Below are positions 8,192-16,779 of a stretch of 24,000 nt of DNA, piece after piece (positions within the stretch are counted from its first letter, which is position 1; the number at the start of each line of letters is the position of its first letter). Origin of the DNA: an uncultured Chloroflexia bacterium (GTDB taxonomy: Bacteria > Chloroflexota > Anaerolineae > Anaerolineales > Villigracilaceae). The stretch covers positions 234,917 to 258,916 of the forward strand of contig CAWBNG010000004.1 in the NCBI GenBank assembly GCA_963790075.1. Direction: 5' to 3'. The translations under genes were made by a program, and so were the position numbers. A model generated the notes under the pieces. The model saw only the letters and a list, made by a program, of their open reading frames with translations, made no database searches and was not told the origin of the DNA.

Positions 8192-9289
8192 ATGAATCTC
8201 GACAACATGCAACTACTTGAGCAACTTTGTGCCATTCATGCCGTCTCCGGTCGCGAAGATGCGATGACGGCCTTTGTACGTGACATGATCCGTCCTCTGG
8301 TGGATGAGGTCAGCGTCGACAATTTGGGTAACGTGGTGGGGATCATTAAGGGCACCTCCTATCCGGATCACAAGTTGATGCTTCAAGCCCACATGGACGA
8401 ATTAGGCCTGATTGTGCGCAACATCACCGATGACGGATTCTTGCTGATCGAACGCGTGGGCGGCATCCCGGAGAAGACCCTGATGGGCCAGCGTATGGAT
8501 ATCATGACCGACGATGGAAAGCTGATTCCCGCCTATGTCGGTGCCAAGTCGCACCACATCACCGGATCGGATGAAAAATATCGAGTTCCAAATGTACACG
8601 AAATGTTTCTGGATCTGGGTTTGCCCAGCCGCCAAGCCGTGGAACGGGCCGGGATCCAGGTCGGGGATCCTGTGACCTACCATCCCAATTTTCATCGTTT
8701 TGGGGATGGATTGATCTGCTCGAAAGCACTGGATAACCGGGTTGGCGTTTTCGTGATCCTTGATGCGCTCAGGTTTTTCGCCGAACATCGACCGCCTTCC
8801 ACGCTCATTTTCTCGTTCACTGTGTTGGAAGAATTCTCCATACGTGGCTCATTACCGACTGTGACACGCACCCGGCCGGATGCTATTATTTCGATCGATA
8901 TTACCATTGCGCCGGATACCCCCATTGATCAGCCGCTGCATCCGGTACAAATGCGCAAAGGTCCGGCGGTCAAATTGATGGACTTTCACGGCCGCGGTAC
9001 ACTGGGGGGATTATTCTCCTCGCCTAAATTGCGCCGATTTATCGAAGCGACATCTAGGCAAGAAGGTCTCCCTCTGCAGCGGGAAGTCATCGTCGGCGTA
9101 ATCACGGACCCGGCTTTCCAGCTGTACTTGGGAGATCAGGGATTCGTGATCGCAGGATTATCCATCCCGCAGCGCTACAGCCATGCCTCCATTCAAATGT
9201 GCCATGAAACCGATGTGGTGCAGATGCTTCAACTTGTCAAAGCTGTGGCTGCAGCCTTTACCCCTCAAGTCGATTTGACCCGAGGGTGA
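8192..9289 (+). CDS. M42-family metallopeptidase / 'endoglucanase'-like protein (FrvX/SgcX-like)
   Basis: M42 metal-ligand strings are present: QAHMDELG, KALDNRVG, VLEEFSIRG, ISIDITIA and RYSHAS. N-terminus reads LLEQLCAIHAVSGRE. Confidence 0.9.
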   Translation: MNLDNMQLLEQLCAIHAVSGREDAMTAFVRDMIRPLVDEVSVDNLGNVVGIIKGTSYPDHKLMLQAHMDELGLIVRNITDDGFLLIERVGGIPEKTLMGQRMDIMTDDGKLIPAYVGAKSHHITGSDEKYRVPNVHEMFLDLGLPSRQAVERAGIQVGDPVTYHPNFHRFGDGLICSKALDNRVGVFVILDALRFFAEHRPPSTLIFSFTVLEEFSIRGSLPTVTRTRPDAIISIDITIAPDTPIDQPLHPVQMRKGPAVKLMDFHGRGTLGGLFSSPKLRRFIEATSRQEGLPLQREVIVGVITDPAFQLYLGDQGFVIAGLSIPQRYSHASIQMCHETDVVQMLQLVKAVAAAFTPQVDLTRG

Positions 9290-9324
9290 TTTGAGTTTTC
9301 AATTCCATAGCAAACGAGGTATTC

Positions 9325-10137
9325 ATGAAGACTTGGATTAAAGAACTCTTTGGAACTGAAAAGCCGGTGATCGGGATGTGCCACATGCAAGCCCTACCTG
9401 GCGATCCCGGATACGATCCTGAAAAAGGGTTGGATTCGGTCTACGCATGTGCCCGCGCGGATTTGCTGGCCTTACAGCAGGGTGGTGTGGACGCCGTGCT
9501 CTTTTCCAACGAGTTCAGTCTCCCCTATTTGACGCAAGTCGAAACCATCACCGTGGCCTGCATGGCCAATGTGATTGCTGAGATGAAATCGGAAATTAAG
9601 ATCCCATATGGTGTCAACGTATTGTGGGATCCGAAGGCCTCCATCGATCTGGCTATGGCAACCGGTGCGCAATTTGTACGTGAGATTTTTACCGGTGTTT
9701 ACGCCAGCGACTTTGGCCTATGGAATACCAATATCGGTGAAACGATCAGGCACCAGTCCGCTGTGGGAGCACAACACGTGCGCCTGCTGTTCAACATTGT
9801 CCCGGAGTCGGCTGTATACCTGGGCAACCGCCAGATCGCTGATATTGCACGCTCGACAGTCTTCAACAATCGCCCCGACGCTTTGTGCGTATCGGGCTTG
9901 ACAGCTGGCGTCGAAACTTCTGCCCAAACTCTGAAACTGGTTGCGGAAGCTGTGCCGGATACGCCGGTTTTTGCCAATACTGGCGTTCGACTCGAGAATG
10001 TCGCCGATCAGCTGTTAAATGCGGACGGGGCTATCATTGGGACGGCCTTCAAAGATGATGGCGATACCTGGAATGCCGTCAACGTAGAACGGGTCCGGGC
10101 CATTATGAATAGGGTGAAGGAAATCAGGAAGGGATAA
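9325..10137 (+). CDS. BtpA/SgcQ-family TIM-barrel protein
   Basis: Strings characteristic of BtpA/SgcQ proteins: FGTEKPVIGMCHMQALPGDPGYD, GGVDAVLFSNEFSLPY, GVNVLWDP, REIFTGVYASDFGLWNTNIGETIRHQ and PDALCVSGLTAG. Confidence 0.9.
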   Translation: MKTWIKELFGTEKPVIGMCHMQALPGDPGYDPEKGLDSVYACARADLLALQQGGVDAVLFSNEFSLPYLTQVETITVACMANVIAEMKSEIKIPYGVNVLWDPKASIDLAMATGAQFVREIFTGVYASDFGLWNTNIGETIRHQSAVGAQHVRLLFNIVPESAVYLGNRQIADIARSTVFNNRPDALCVSGLTAGVETSAQTLKLVAEAVPDTPVFANTGVRLENVADQLLNADGAIIGTAFKDDGDTWNAVNVERVRAIMNRVKEIRKG

Positions 10138-10139
10138 TT

Positions 10140-10787
10140 GTGTCATTTCGCATTGCGCCATCCCTGGCGTCTGCCCCATCGGACCATTTGGGCGAGGTCA
10201 TTGTCGAATTGGAGATTGCTGGAGCAGATTACATCCATTTCGATATCGAAGACGGCTCGTTCGTCCCGGTTATGACGCTTGGGACCAAGCTGATTGCCGA
10301 TTTGCGGCGTTATACTCGCTTGCCTTTTGATGTACATTTGATGATGGGTAATCCGGAATGGCTGGTACCGGAATTGGTCACGATAGGTGCGAATCGTATT
10401 TCGGTACACTACGAAGCCTGTCTTTATCCGCGGCGCGTGCTAAGGCGGATCGTTTCATCCGGAGTCGAAGCCGGGATTGCTTTTAACCCGGCGACTCCTG
10501 TTCCCGATCTGACATACTTGAAACCCTACCTGTCGTTTGTCCTGATCCTGACCTCCGAACCAGAAATGCCGGATTGCCCGTTCCTGCCCGAAGTATTGGA
10601 TAAAGTCCGGCAAGGCAAGCAGACCAAAGGCTTGGAGGGAATCGAATGGGTCGTGGATGGTGGGGTCAATTCCGAGAATCTGGCCTCCGTGATCGCGGCT
10701 GGCACCGATACGGTCGTTGTTGGCCGTTCTGTATTCAAGGAAAATAAGATCGCCGAGAATATTCGAACATTGAGAGACAGTGCCTGA
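10140..10787 (+). CDS. ribulose-phosphate 3-epimerase family protein (SgcE-like pentulose-5-P 3-epimerase)
   Basis: GTG start 2 nt after the BtpA stop, with SD GGAAGGG upstream. Family strings: IAPSLASA, IHFDIEDGSFVP, FDVHLMM, AFNPATP, LILTSEP, VVDGG and VVVGRSVF. Confidence 0.87.
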   Translation: MSFRIAPSLASAPSDHLGEVIVELEIAGADYIHFDIEDGSFVPVMTLGTKLIADLRRYTRLPFDVHLMMGNPEWLVPELVTIGANRISVHYEACLYPRRVLRRIVSSGVEAGIAFNPATPVPDLTYLKPYLSFVLILTSEPEMPDCPFLPEVLDKVRQGKQTKGLEGIEWVVDGGVNSENLASVIAAGTDTVVVGRSVFKENKIAENIRTLRDSA

Positions 10788-10799
10788 CATTGGAGCGGT

Positions 10800-11279
10800 A
10801 TGCAATATACACTGGTGGATCTACTAAAGGTTGAACATATCGTGGTAGGCCTCGACGCGCTGGATGCGCAGGATGCAGTCAGCAAGCTGACTCAAAAACT
10901 TGTTGCGACGGAGCATGTTACGCGCGAATTTTCCGAGGATGTCTGGCAGCGCGAGGCGACTTTCCCTACCGGTCTGCCCACCCAACCGCTGGCGGTCGCG
11001 ATCCCACATGCGGACCCGGATCATGTCCTCAAGTCGGCAGTTTGCATCGGAGTGCTCAAGTCACCGGTCAGGTTCGCGCAGATGGGCACGGACGGTTCCA
11101 CGGTCCTGGAGGCGCATATTCTCTTTATGCTGGCAATCAAAGAACGCGAGAAACAAGTCGAGATGATCCAGCAATTGATGACTTTGATCCAGTCCCCGGC
11201 GCTGCTGGAGGGGCTGACGAAAACACATGATCCGGATAGTGCGATAGAATTGATCCGGCAGACATTGAACGAGGCATAG
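10800..11279 (+). CDS. PTS EIIA component, fructose/mannitol/Gat type (PTS_EIIA_2; GatA/SgcA-like)
   Basis: ~159 aa. REATFPTGLPT is followed by the phospho-histidine loop LAVAIPHADPDHV. Confidence 0.87.
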   Translation: MQYTLVDLLKVEHIVVGLDALDAQDAVSKLTQKLVATEHVTREFSEDVWQREATFPTGLPTQPLAVAIPHADPDHVLKSAVCIGVLKSPVRFAQMGTDGSTVLEAHILFMLAIKEREKQVEMIQQLMTLIQSPALLEGLTKTHDPDSAIELIRQTLNEA

Positions 11280-11552
11280 ATGCAAACATCTGTATTAATC
11301 GTGACCGATGATGTCGGTCTGCACGCCCGGCCGGCATCCGAATTCGTCAGGCTGGCAGGGCAGTTCAAGTCCAGCCTGCAAATACGGAATTTAACCAAGC
11401 AGTCGGACTGGGTGGATGCCAAGAGTATTTTGATGGTACTGACTCTGGGCGTAGAGCAAAATCACGAGATTGAATTGATGGCTGAGGGGGAAGATGAAGG
11501 GGCTGCGATTCGATCCATGGAGGAGTTAGTACAGCATAACTTTAAAGGTTGA
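11280..11552 (+). CDS. ptsH: HPr phosphocarrier protein
   Basis: 90 aa. His-15 loop VGLHARPAS and Ser-46 region DAKSILMVLTLG. The ATG directly abuts the EIIA stop codon. Confidence 0.92.
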   Translation: MQTSVLIVTDDVGLHARPASEFVRLAGQFKSSLQIRNLTKQSDWVDAKSILMVLTLGVEQNHEIELMAEGEDEGAAIRSMEELVQHNFKG

Positions 11553-11569
11553 TCGTTTGGAGGTGTAAG

Positions 11570-12334
11570 TTGTTAGATAATAAAGTTGCCATTGTCACCG
11601 GAGCCAACAGCGGGATTGGCCGGGCGATTGCCTTGGGATTGGCCAAGGCCGGCGCTTCAGTGACCATCGATTATGTTGCCAATCCCGAATCGGCCGAGGC
11701 GTTGGAACAAGAAATCAACAAATTGGGAAAAAAAACGCTGATGGTGGATGCGGACGTCAGCCAGGTCGCTGATTTACAAATGCTGGTGCAAAAAACGGTC
11801 GAGATGTTTGGCCGGCTGGACATTTTGGTCAATAACGCCGGGATCGAGACGCGTACGTCTGTGCTGGATACGACCGAGAAACAGTATGACAAGGTCATGG
11901 CGGTTAATTTGAAGGGCGCCTTCTTCGGCACCCAACTGGCCGCCAAGCAAATGATAAATCAGGGTGGCGGCGGGCGTATCATCAACATTTCTTCGGTGCA
12001 TGAAGATTGGCCGATGCCGGGCAACACGCCCTACTGCTGTTCCAAAGGCGGGATGCGTATGCTGACGCGTACGGCTGGCGTCGAACTGGCGCAGCACGAC
12101 ATCACAGTGGTTGGTGTGGGGCCGGGCGCGGTAGCAACGCCGATCAACCAAAGCACCATGAGCGACCCCGAGAAACTATCCAGGCTCAATGCTGCCATCC
12201 CGATGGGCCGGGTGGCAGACCCGGCAGACATCGCCAATCTGGTTGTCTGGCTGGCGTCCGATGAAGCTGGATATATCACCGCCACCACATACTTTGTGGA
12301 CGGCGGGATTATGCAATCCAGTCCGGGGTTGTAA
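11570..12334 (+). CDS. short-chain dehydrogenase/reductase (SDR), glucose-1-dehydrogenase / polyol(-phosphate) dehydrogenase-like
   Basis: Motifs TGANSGIGRA, NNAG, ISSVHE and YCCSKGG (YxxxK). I prefer TTG 11570, which is 6 nt after GGAGG, over the track's TTG 11549, which overlaps the HPr stop. Confidence 0.88.
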   Translation: MLDNKVAIVTGANSGIGRAIALGLAKAGASVTIDYVANPESAEALEQEINKLGKKTLMVDADVSQVADLQMLVQKTVEMFGRLDILVNNAGIETRTSVLDTTEKQYDKVMAVNLKGAFFGTQLAAKQMINQGGGGRIINISSVHEDWPMPGNTPYCCSKGGMRMLTRTAGVELAQHDITVVGVGPGAVATPINQSTMSDPEKLSRLNAAIPMGRVADPADIANLVVWLASDEAGYITATTYFVDGGIMQSSPGL

Positions 12335-12392
12335 TCCATATTTTTAATATTGCGGCTGATTCGAGCTGCCGACAAGTGCATGTGTTATAAAA

Positions 12393-12421
12393 AGTGCGCC
12401 AGATCAAATATCTGGCGCACT
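12393..12421. terminator. bidirectional hairpin terminator between the convergent SDR and GPH genes
   Basis: Perfect 12-bp stem AGTGCGCCAGAT / ATCTGGCGCACT with loop CAAAT. An A-run lies on its left, which is a T-run for the minus-strand transporter. It lies just 3' of the GPH stop codon, with its arm adjoining it. Confidence 0.6.
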
Positions 12422-12431
12422 CATCATTGTC

Positions 12432-13874
12432 TCATTCGTCTTGAACTGCCGCTCGTTCTTTTCGGCGTGCCAATAATTTGCGGATGCGGGTATGCTTCTC
12501 GCGCGTCAGCGGGTAGAACCAGGCCAAGATCACCGCGCTGAATAACAAAACCGCGCCAAAGGGACCGATCAGGATGCGAATGGCTGTCAGGGCTGAGGCT
12601 GGCTGGGTGAACTGTGTCACACCTTCGGGCGGGGACTGGTAGCCGAACCAGCCCAGCACCTGCAAGGCGATGAAAATCGCCAGCGCACCGGTCAGTTTGC
12701 GGATGAAGTTCTTGACGCCATAGTAAATGCCCTCCTGGCGGCGGCGTGTACGCAGCTCATCCCACTCGATCACATCCGGGAAGATCGAGTTGGGCAGTAC
12801 GTGCGCGGTCGAGACCGAGATGCCAGCCATGACTGCCAATACCAGCACGTAAGTGATTTGTCCCGGCTGGATGGTAAAGATCAACAATTGCACGACCGCC
12901 CAGAAGCTCATGCCGATGATGTAAGCGATATGCTTGCTGAGTTTGCCTGAGAGCCAGACCCAGAAGGGCAGCATCAGCACTGAGGTGATCAGCAGGAAGG
13001 CGAAGACGGTCGATTCGAGCGGCAGGCCGAGCGCCTTCTGCAACAGGTTGCCGCGCGCCACCCAGTACAGCATGAAGAACGGCAGCACCAGCGCCACCAG
13101 ATCAAAGGTGATCCAATTTAGCATGTAAAGTACTGTTGCAAAGCGGAAGGGGATGTTCGACCAGGCCACGCGCACCGTCTCCAGGAAGGGCGTATCTTGC
13201 TCTTGCTGGATCTCCTCTTCTGAGCGTACGCGTTCCTTGACCACGAAGAAGATTAGCAGGAAAGGAAAGACTGCCAGTCCGCCGAAGAGCGCCGCGACGA
13301 CCATGTAACCCTGCTGCTGGGTCGCGCCGGAAGCCAGGACCGCGTCCACGATCGCAGGAGCAGCCACGGCCGTCACCAGAGACGCGAAAAGGTTGAAAAA
13401 CATGCGAAAGCCGGTCAGGCTGGTTCGCTCATCGTAATCAGGCGTGATTTCTGGTGTCAGCGAATAGTAGGGCACGCTGACGAAGGTCTGCAGTGTGTCG
13501 CTCAGCATGAAAGCCACCGAAACGGTCACGGCCAGCGCGATCTGGTTCTGGAAGGGTGGGGCCCACCACAACATCAGGAAAGCCAGCGCGAAGGGGATCG
13601 AAAAGAACAGCAGGAACGGGCGGCGACGGCCCCAGCGTGTGCGTACCCTGTCGCTGATCGTGCCGACGATTGGATCGTTGACCGCGTCCCAGATGATGCC
13701 GACCAGCGCGGCCACCGAGGCGATGCGCGGTTCCAGCCCGACCACGTCGGTCAGAAAGATGGCATAAAAGATCTGGCGCAGGGTGCCGAAGCTGGCCAGG
13801 CTCCAGTCACCGGTCCCATAGGCCAGTTTGAGCCATAGCGAAAGGTGGCCTTCTCTGGCAGTTTGCTTCTGCAT
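12432..13874 (-). CDS. MFS transporter, GPH family (glycoside-pentoside-hexuronide:cation symporter, MelB/YicJ-like)
   Basis: 480 aa with ~12 TM segments. GPH signature IWDAVNDPIVGTISDRVRTRWGRRRPFLL. SD AAGGAG lies 7 nt upstream of ATG 13874. Confidence 0.9.
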   Translation of the reverse strand: MQKQTAREGHLSLWLKLAYGTGDWSLASFGTLRQIFYAIFLTDVVGLEPRIASVAALVGIIWDAVNDPIVGTISDRVRTRWGRRRPFLLFFSIPFALAFLMLWWAPPFQNQIALAVTVSVAFMLSDTLQTFVSVPYYSLTPEITPDYDERTSLTGFRMFFNLFASLVTAVAAPAIVDAVLASGATQQQGYMVVAALFGGLAVFPFLLIFFVVKERVRSEEEIQQEQDTPFLETVRVAWSNIPFRFATVLYMLNWITFDLVALVLPFFMLYWVARGNLLQKALGLPLESTVFAFLLITSVLMLPFWVWLSGKLSKHIAYIIGMSFWAVVQLLIFTIQPGQITYVLVLAVMAGISVSTAHVLPNSIFPDVIEWDELRTRRRQEGIYYGVKNFIRKLTGALAIFIALQVLGWFGYQSPPEGVTQFTQPASALTAIRILIGPFGAVLLFSAVILAWFYPLTREKHTRIRKLLARRKERAAVQDE

Positions 13875-13995
13875 TGCATACTCCTTTGGCGAGGGTTGTC
13901 AACTTTGCTGCATTGGGTATAACAAATCTAACACCGATAACTGCAAATCACCTCGCCAAGCAACAGGCAATAGGTTTTCACGTTACAATATCCGC

Positions 13996-15234
13996 ATGTC
14001 CTCCCTGGCAGATAAACTCAAAGCTTTGGGCGTCAAACTCGGGACCTCCGAGTTAAGCCCCCCCAAGGTCAGGCACGGCACTCCGATCGAGAAGATTTTG
14101 GAGGGGCAATTCCAAACCACGCCGCGTGGCGAGGCCTTCGTGGTCGAACAGCAACATCCGATGGAGTACCGCCACGGGATTTTCCCGATTCGCCTGGAGT
14201 CGCCGCTGGAGGTGGTCGCGGCTTGGGCGCAGGACGCGCGTCTCGCAAGCTTCGATCCGGCTTCCTTTATCTTCCTGGATACCGAGACCAGCGGACTGTC
14301 TGGCGGGACTGGGACGTACGCCTTCATGGTAGGTGCGGGACGCTTCGAAACGACCGAGCAGGGTGAACGCTTCCACTTGCGGCAGTTCTTCATGCGCGAT
14401 CCAGCTGAGGAACCGGCTATGTTGGAGGCTCTGGCTGAATTCCTGGCCCCGGCCCGGGCATTGGTGACCTATAACGGCAAAGCCTTCGATCTGCCATTGT
14501 TGCGTACGCGCTACATCCTGCATAACATCCCGCTGCCTTTCGAAAATTATGCCCACGTGGACCTGCTGCCGCTGGCGCGTCGCTTGTGGCGCGACCGTCT
14601 GCCCAGCCGCACCCTGAAGTATATCGAAGAGAACGTGATGCTGGCTCCGCGCACCAGCGAGGAAGTGCCCGGTTACGAAATTCCCTGGCTGTACTTTGAC
14701 TACCTGCGCAGCGGGGATGCCACGCCGCTCAGGGGCGTTTTCTACCATAACGCAATGGACATCCTGGCCTTGGCGGCTTTGCTCAATCACACAGCCGGGC
14801 TGCTGTCCGATCCGCTTAACGGGCAGGTCGAGCACGGACTTGACCTGGTGGCGATCGCAAAATTATATGAAGACCTGAGCCGCTGGGATCAGGCGGCGCG
14901 CATCTATGAGCGCGGGCTGGAGATGGAACTCGACCAAAACGACTTTGCCCAGGCGGCGCACAGGCTTTCGATCCTGCATAAACGCCGCGGCGATCTGGAC
15001 CAGGCCGTCCGCTGGTGGGAGCAGGCCGCCGCCGAAGGACACATCTACGCCCATGTGGAACTGGCCAAGTACTACGAGCACCGCCAAAAGGATTACGCCA
15101 AAGCCCTGCGCTGGACGCGGGCTGCGCTGGCGCATGTTAATGAAACAGACTTTCCACCCTACGCCAGGCAATACTGGCTGGAGGAGCTGGAACACAGAGC
15201 ATCCCGGCTGGAAAGAAAGTATGCAAAGGAATAA
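13996..15234 (+). CDS. RNase-H-fold (DEDD-type) exonuclease with C-terminal TPR repeats, YprB/MrfB-like (COG3359-type)
   Basis: Motifs FLDTETSGL, TYNGKAFDLPLL and YHNAMDILALAAL. The C-terminal TPR/Sel1-like repeats include YEDLSRWDQAARIYERGL and HVELAKYYEHRQKDYAKALRW. I chose ATG 13996 (MSSLADKLKALG) because the track's 13828 start overlaps the divergent transporter start. There is no SD. TACAAT lies 6 nt upstream of the ATG. Confidence 0.8.
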   Translation: MSSLADKLKALGVKLGTSELSPPKVRHGTPIEKILEGQFQTTPRGEAFVVEQQHPMEYRHGIFPIRLESPLEVVAAWAQDARLASFDPASFIFLDTETSGLSGGTGTYAFMVGAGRFETTEQGERFHLRQFFMRDPAEEPAMLEALAEFLAPARALVTYNGKAFDLPLLRTRYILHNIPLPFENYAHVDLLPLARRLWRDRLPSRTLKYIEENVMLAPRTSEEVPGYEIPWLYFDYLRSGDATPLRGVFYHNAMDILALAALLNHTAGLLSDPLNGQVEHGLDLVAIAKLYEDLSRWDQAARIYERGLEMELDQNDFAQAAHRLSILHKRRGDLDQAVRWWEQAAAEGHIYAHVELAKYYEHRQKDYAKALRWTRAALAHVNETDFPPYARQYWLEELEHRASRLERKYAKE

Positions 15235-15304
15235 TTAATTATGTTTGGCGTGCTTGCTGCACTTGGTACGCATCAACATATTATATGAAAGGTTGTAAAC
15301 GTAG

Positions 15305-16111
15305 ATGGATTTAACTCGCGCTCTTGGAAGTATTTTGCTGTCGCTTGTGCTGACCGTGGTAGGTTTTGCCCTGGCTGTAGTTGCCATGCGCCGCGTTGGT
15401 TACGACCAGAAGACTGGTAAGGTGAGCTCTCGCTCGGCCGCTCCGCTGGTGGTCGGGCTGCTCATGAACTTGCTGATCCTGGCGGGGACGCTGGCGATCT
15501 ACGCCTTCGTCGCGCGACGCCCGTTGGGGGCGATGGGCTTTCAGTTCGACGGGAGCGATCTGGCATTTTCGATTTTGATCCTGTTTGTCACCAGCCTGCT
15601 GGCTTATCTGATCGTTCGGCGCCAACGTTTCGCTACTGCGCAATCCACAACCGAGGCGTCTCCAGCAGGCGCATCAACCCAGCCTGGCCTGCAAGCGATG
15701 TTGATCGCTACCTTGTTTGCGGCTGCTCTGCAAGAGGAGGTCCTTTACCGCGGCATGCTGGTCACGCTGCTCTGGCCGTATGGCTTGCTGGTCGCGCTGC
15801 TTGTCTCAAGCCTGTTGTTCACACTGGTCCACTTCGTAACCAGCAAGGTCGCCTGGCAGCAAGCCGTCAACTGGTTTGTAGGCGGATTGACACTCTTCGC
15901 TGTTTATGTCTTCAGCGGTTCGGTCTGGGTGGCTGCGCTGGTTCATCTGGCGCGTAATCTGGCCAACAGCTTCATCCTGACCGATACGCCCGGCGTCTCA
16001 TTCATCAAACCCCGAACACCTCTGTCCGAGAAAACCAAATTGGTCTACTATACGCTGCTCTCACTGATCGTTATACTCCTGGCTTTGTTCTGGTATGCTT
16101 CCCTGGCTTAA
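15305..16111 (+). CDS. CPBP-family intramembrane glutamic endopeptidase (CAAX protease/Abi family)
   Basis: Polytopic membrane protein with the three CPBP motifs: LQEEVLYRG, FTLVHF and LVHLARNL. Confidence 0.85.
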   Translation: MDLTRALGSILLSLVLTVVGFALAVVAMRRVGYDQKTGKVSSRSAAPLVVGLLMNLLILAGTLAIYAFVARRPLGAMGFQFDGSDLAFSILILFVTSLLAYLIVRRQRFATAQSTTEASPAGASTQPGLQAMLIATLFAAALQEEVLYRGMLVTLLWPYGLLVALLVSSLLFTLVHFVTSKVAWQQAVNWFVGGLTLFAVYVFSGSVWVAALVHLARNLANSFILTDTPGVSFIKPRTPLSEKTKLVYYTLLSLIVILLALFWYASLA

Positions 16112-16172
16112 ATCTGGAACTATTTGTTCCAATTCGCATCTAAAAATGATCCGAATACTAGGAAAGTAAGTT

Positions 16173-16643
16173 ATGCCTAAAAAATCGACCCACCGCAGTA
16201 AGAGGAGTAAGCGCAAGCGCAATCCTGTCGCAAGCTTCTTTCGTAAACCGCTGGTGCAGCTCGGCATCATTGTTATCGCAGCCCTGGCGATCTTTCTGAT
16301 CGTGACCGGCGGTAACCGGCCTGCAATACAATCGGCTGAGGTAAGTGCCGACCAAGCTTACCAGTTGTATCAGCAAGGCGCCTTGGTGCTGGACGTACGC
16401 AACCAGCAGGAGTGGACCCAGTCCCATATCCCCAACGCTGTCCTGATCCCTCTGGAGGAGCTACCCCAGCGTCTCGACCAACTACCGCACAACCGCCAGA
16501 TCATCGTGGTTTGTCGTACTGGGGTTCGCAGCCGGACTGGGCGCGACATCTTGCTGCAGGCCGGCTTTGAGAATGTCACCTGTTTGTACGGCGGCATAAC
16601 TGCCTGGCAAGCAGCGGGATTTCCGACTGTGAGCGGACCTTGA
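16173..16643 (+). CDS. rhodanese-domain sulfurtransferase with a basic N-terminus and a single TM anchor
   Basis: N-terminus MPKKSTHRSKRSKRKRN followed by the TM segment LGIIVIAALAIFLIV. The rhodanese domain has LVLDVRNQQEW and the active-site loop VVCRTGVRS. Confidence 0.85.
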   Translation: MPKKSTHRSKRSKRKRNPVASFFRKPLVQLGIIVIAALAIFLIVTGGNRPAIQSAEVSADQAYQLYQQGALVLDVRNQQEWTQSHIPNAVLIPLEELPQRLDQLPHNRQIIVVCRTGVRSRTGRDILLQAGFENVTCLYGGITAWQAAGFPTVSGP

Positions 16644-16728
16644 GCTATTCTCTGCCACGCTTTGGTTTCGATCCGGCCCTTTCGTTCTCGTAAGCGGAAG
16701 GACTGCTCGACTAATGCGGTTCGCGTCC

Positions 16729-16756
16729 TTGACAAATGGCAGAGTGATACTATAAT
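16729..16756 (+). promoter_or_regulatory. near-consensus sigma-70-type promoter of the Fur-family regulator gene
   Basis: TTGACA (16729-16734), 16-nt spacer, then TATAAT (16751-16756). It lies 24 nt upstream of ATG 16780. Confidence 0.6.
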
Positions 16757-16771
16757 TGAAAATCATTTTCA
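16757..16771. promoter_or_regulatory. Fur-family (Zur-type) operator: perfect 7-1-7 inverted repeat
   Basis: TGAAAAT-C-ATTTTCA is a perfect palindrome starting at the base after the -10 hexamer. It covers the expected transcription start of the regulator's own gene. Confidence 0.6.
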
Positions 16772-16779
16772 ATAAGCTT

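Noticed and set aside
11728-11735. A8 homopolymer inside the SDR gene (GKKT codons), considered as a possible slippage or phase-variation site
   Set aside because: The reading frame is intact. There is a single tract with no repeats nearby, and nothing suggests contingency-locus behaviour. A similar A7 run sits at the PFOR start.
12350-12541. 63-aa plus-strand ORF
   Set aside because: It spans the bidirectional terminator hairpin and the 3' end of the GPH gene on the opposite strand. It has no SD and no motifs.
13828-13995. N-terminal extension of the exonuclease ORF (track start 13828)
   Set aside because: It overlaps the start of the divergent GPH gene and the intergenic promoter region. 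The extension is Cys-rich nonsense, and family-typical sequence begins at MSSLADKLKALG.
14053-14835. 260-aa minus-strand ORF
   Set aside because: It is antisense to the exonuclease-TPR gene, whose DEDD and TPR motifs are on the plus strand. Its composition is Arg/Gln/Gly-rich and it has no start context.
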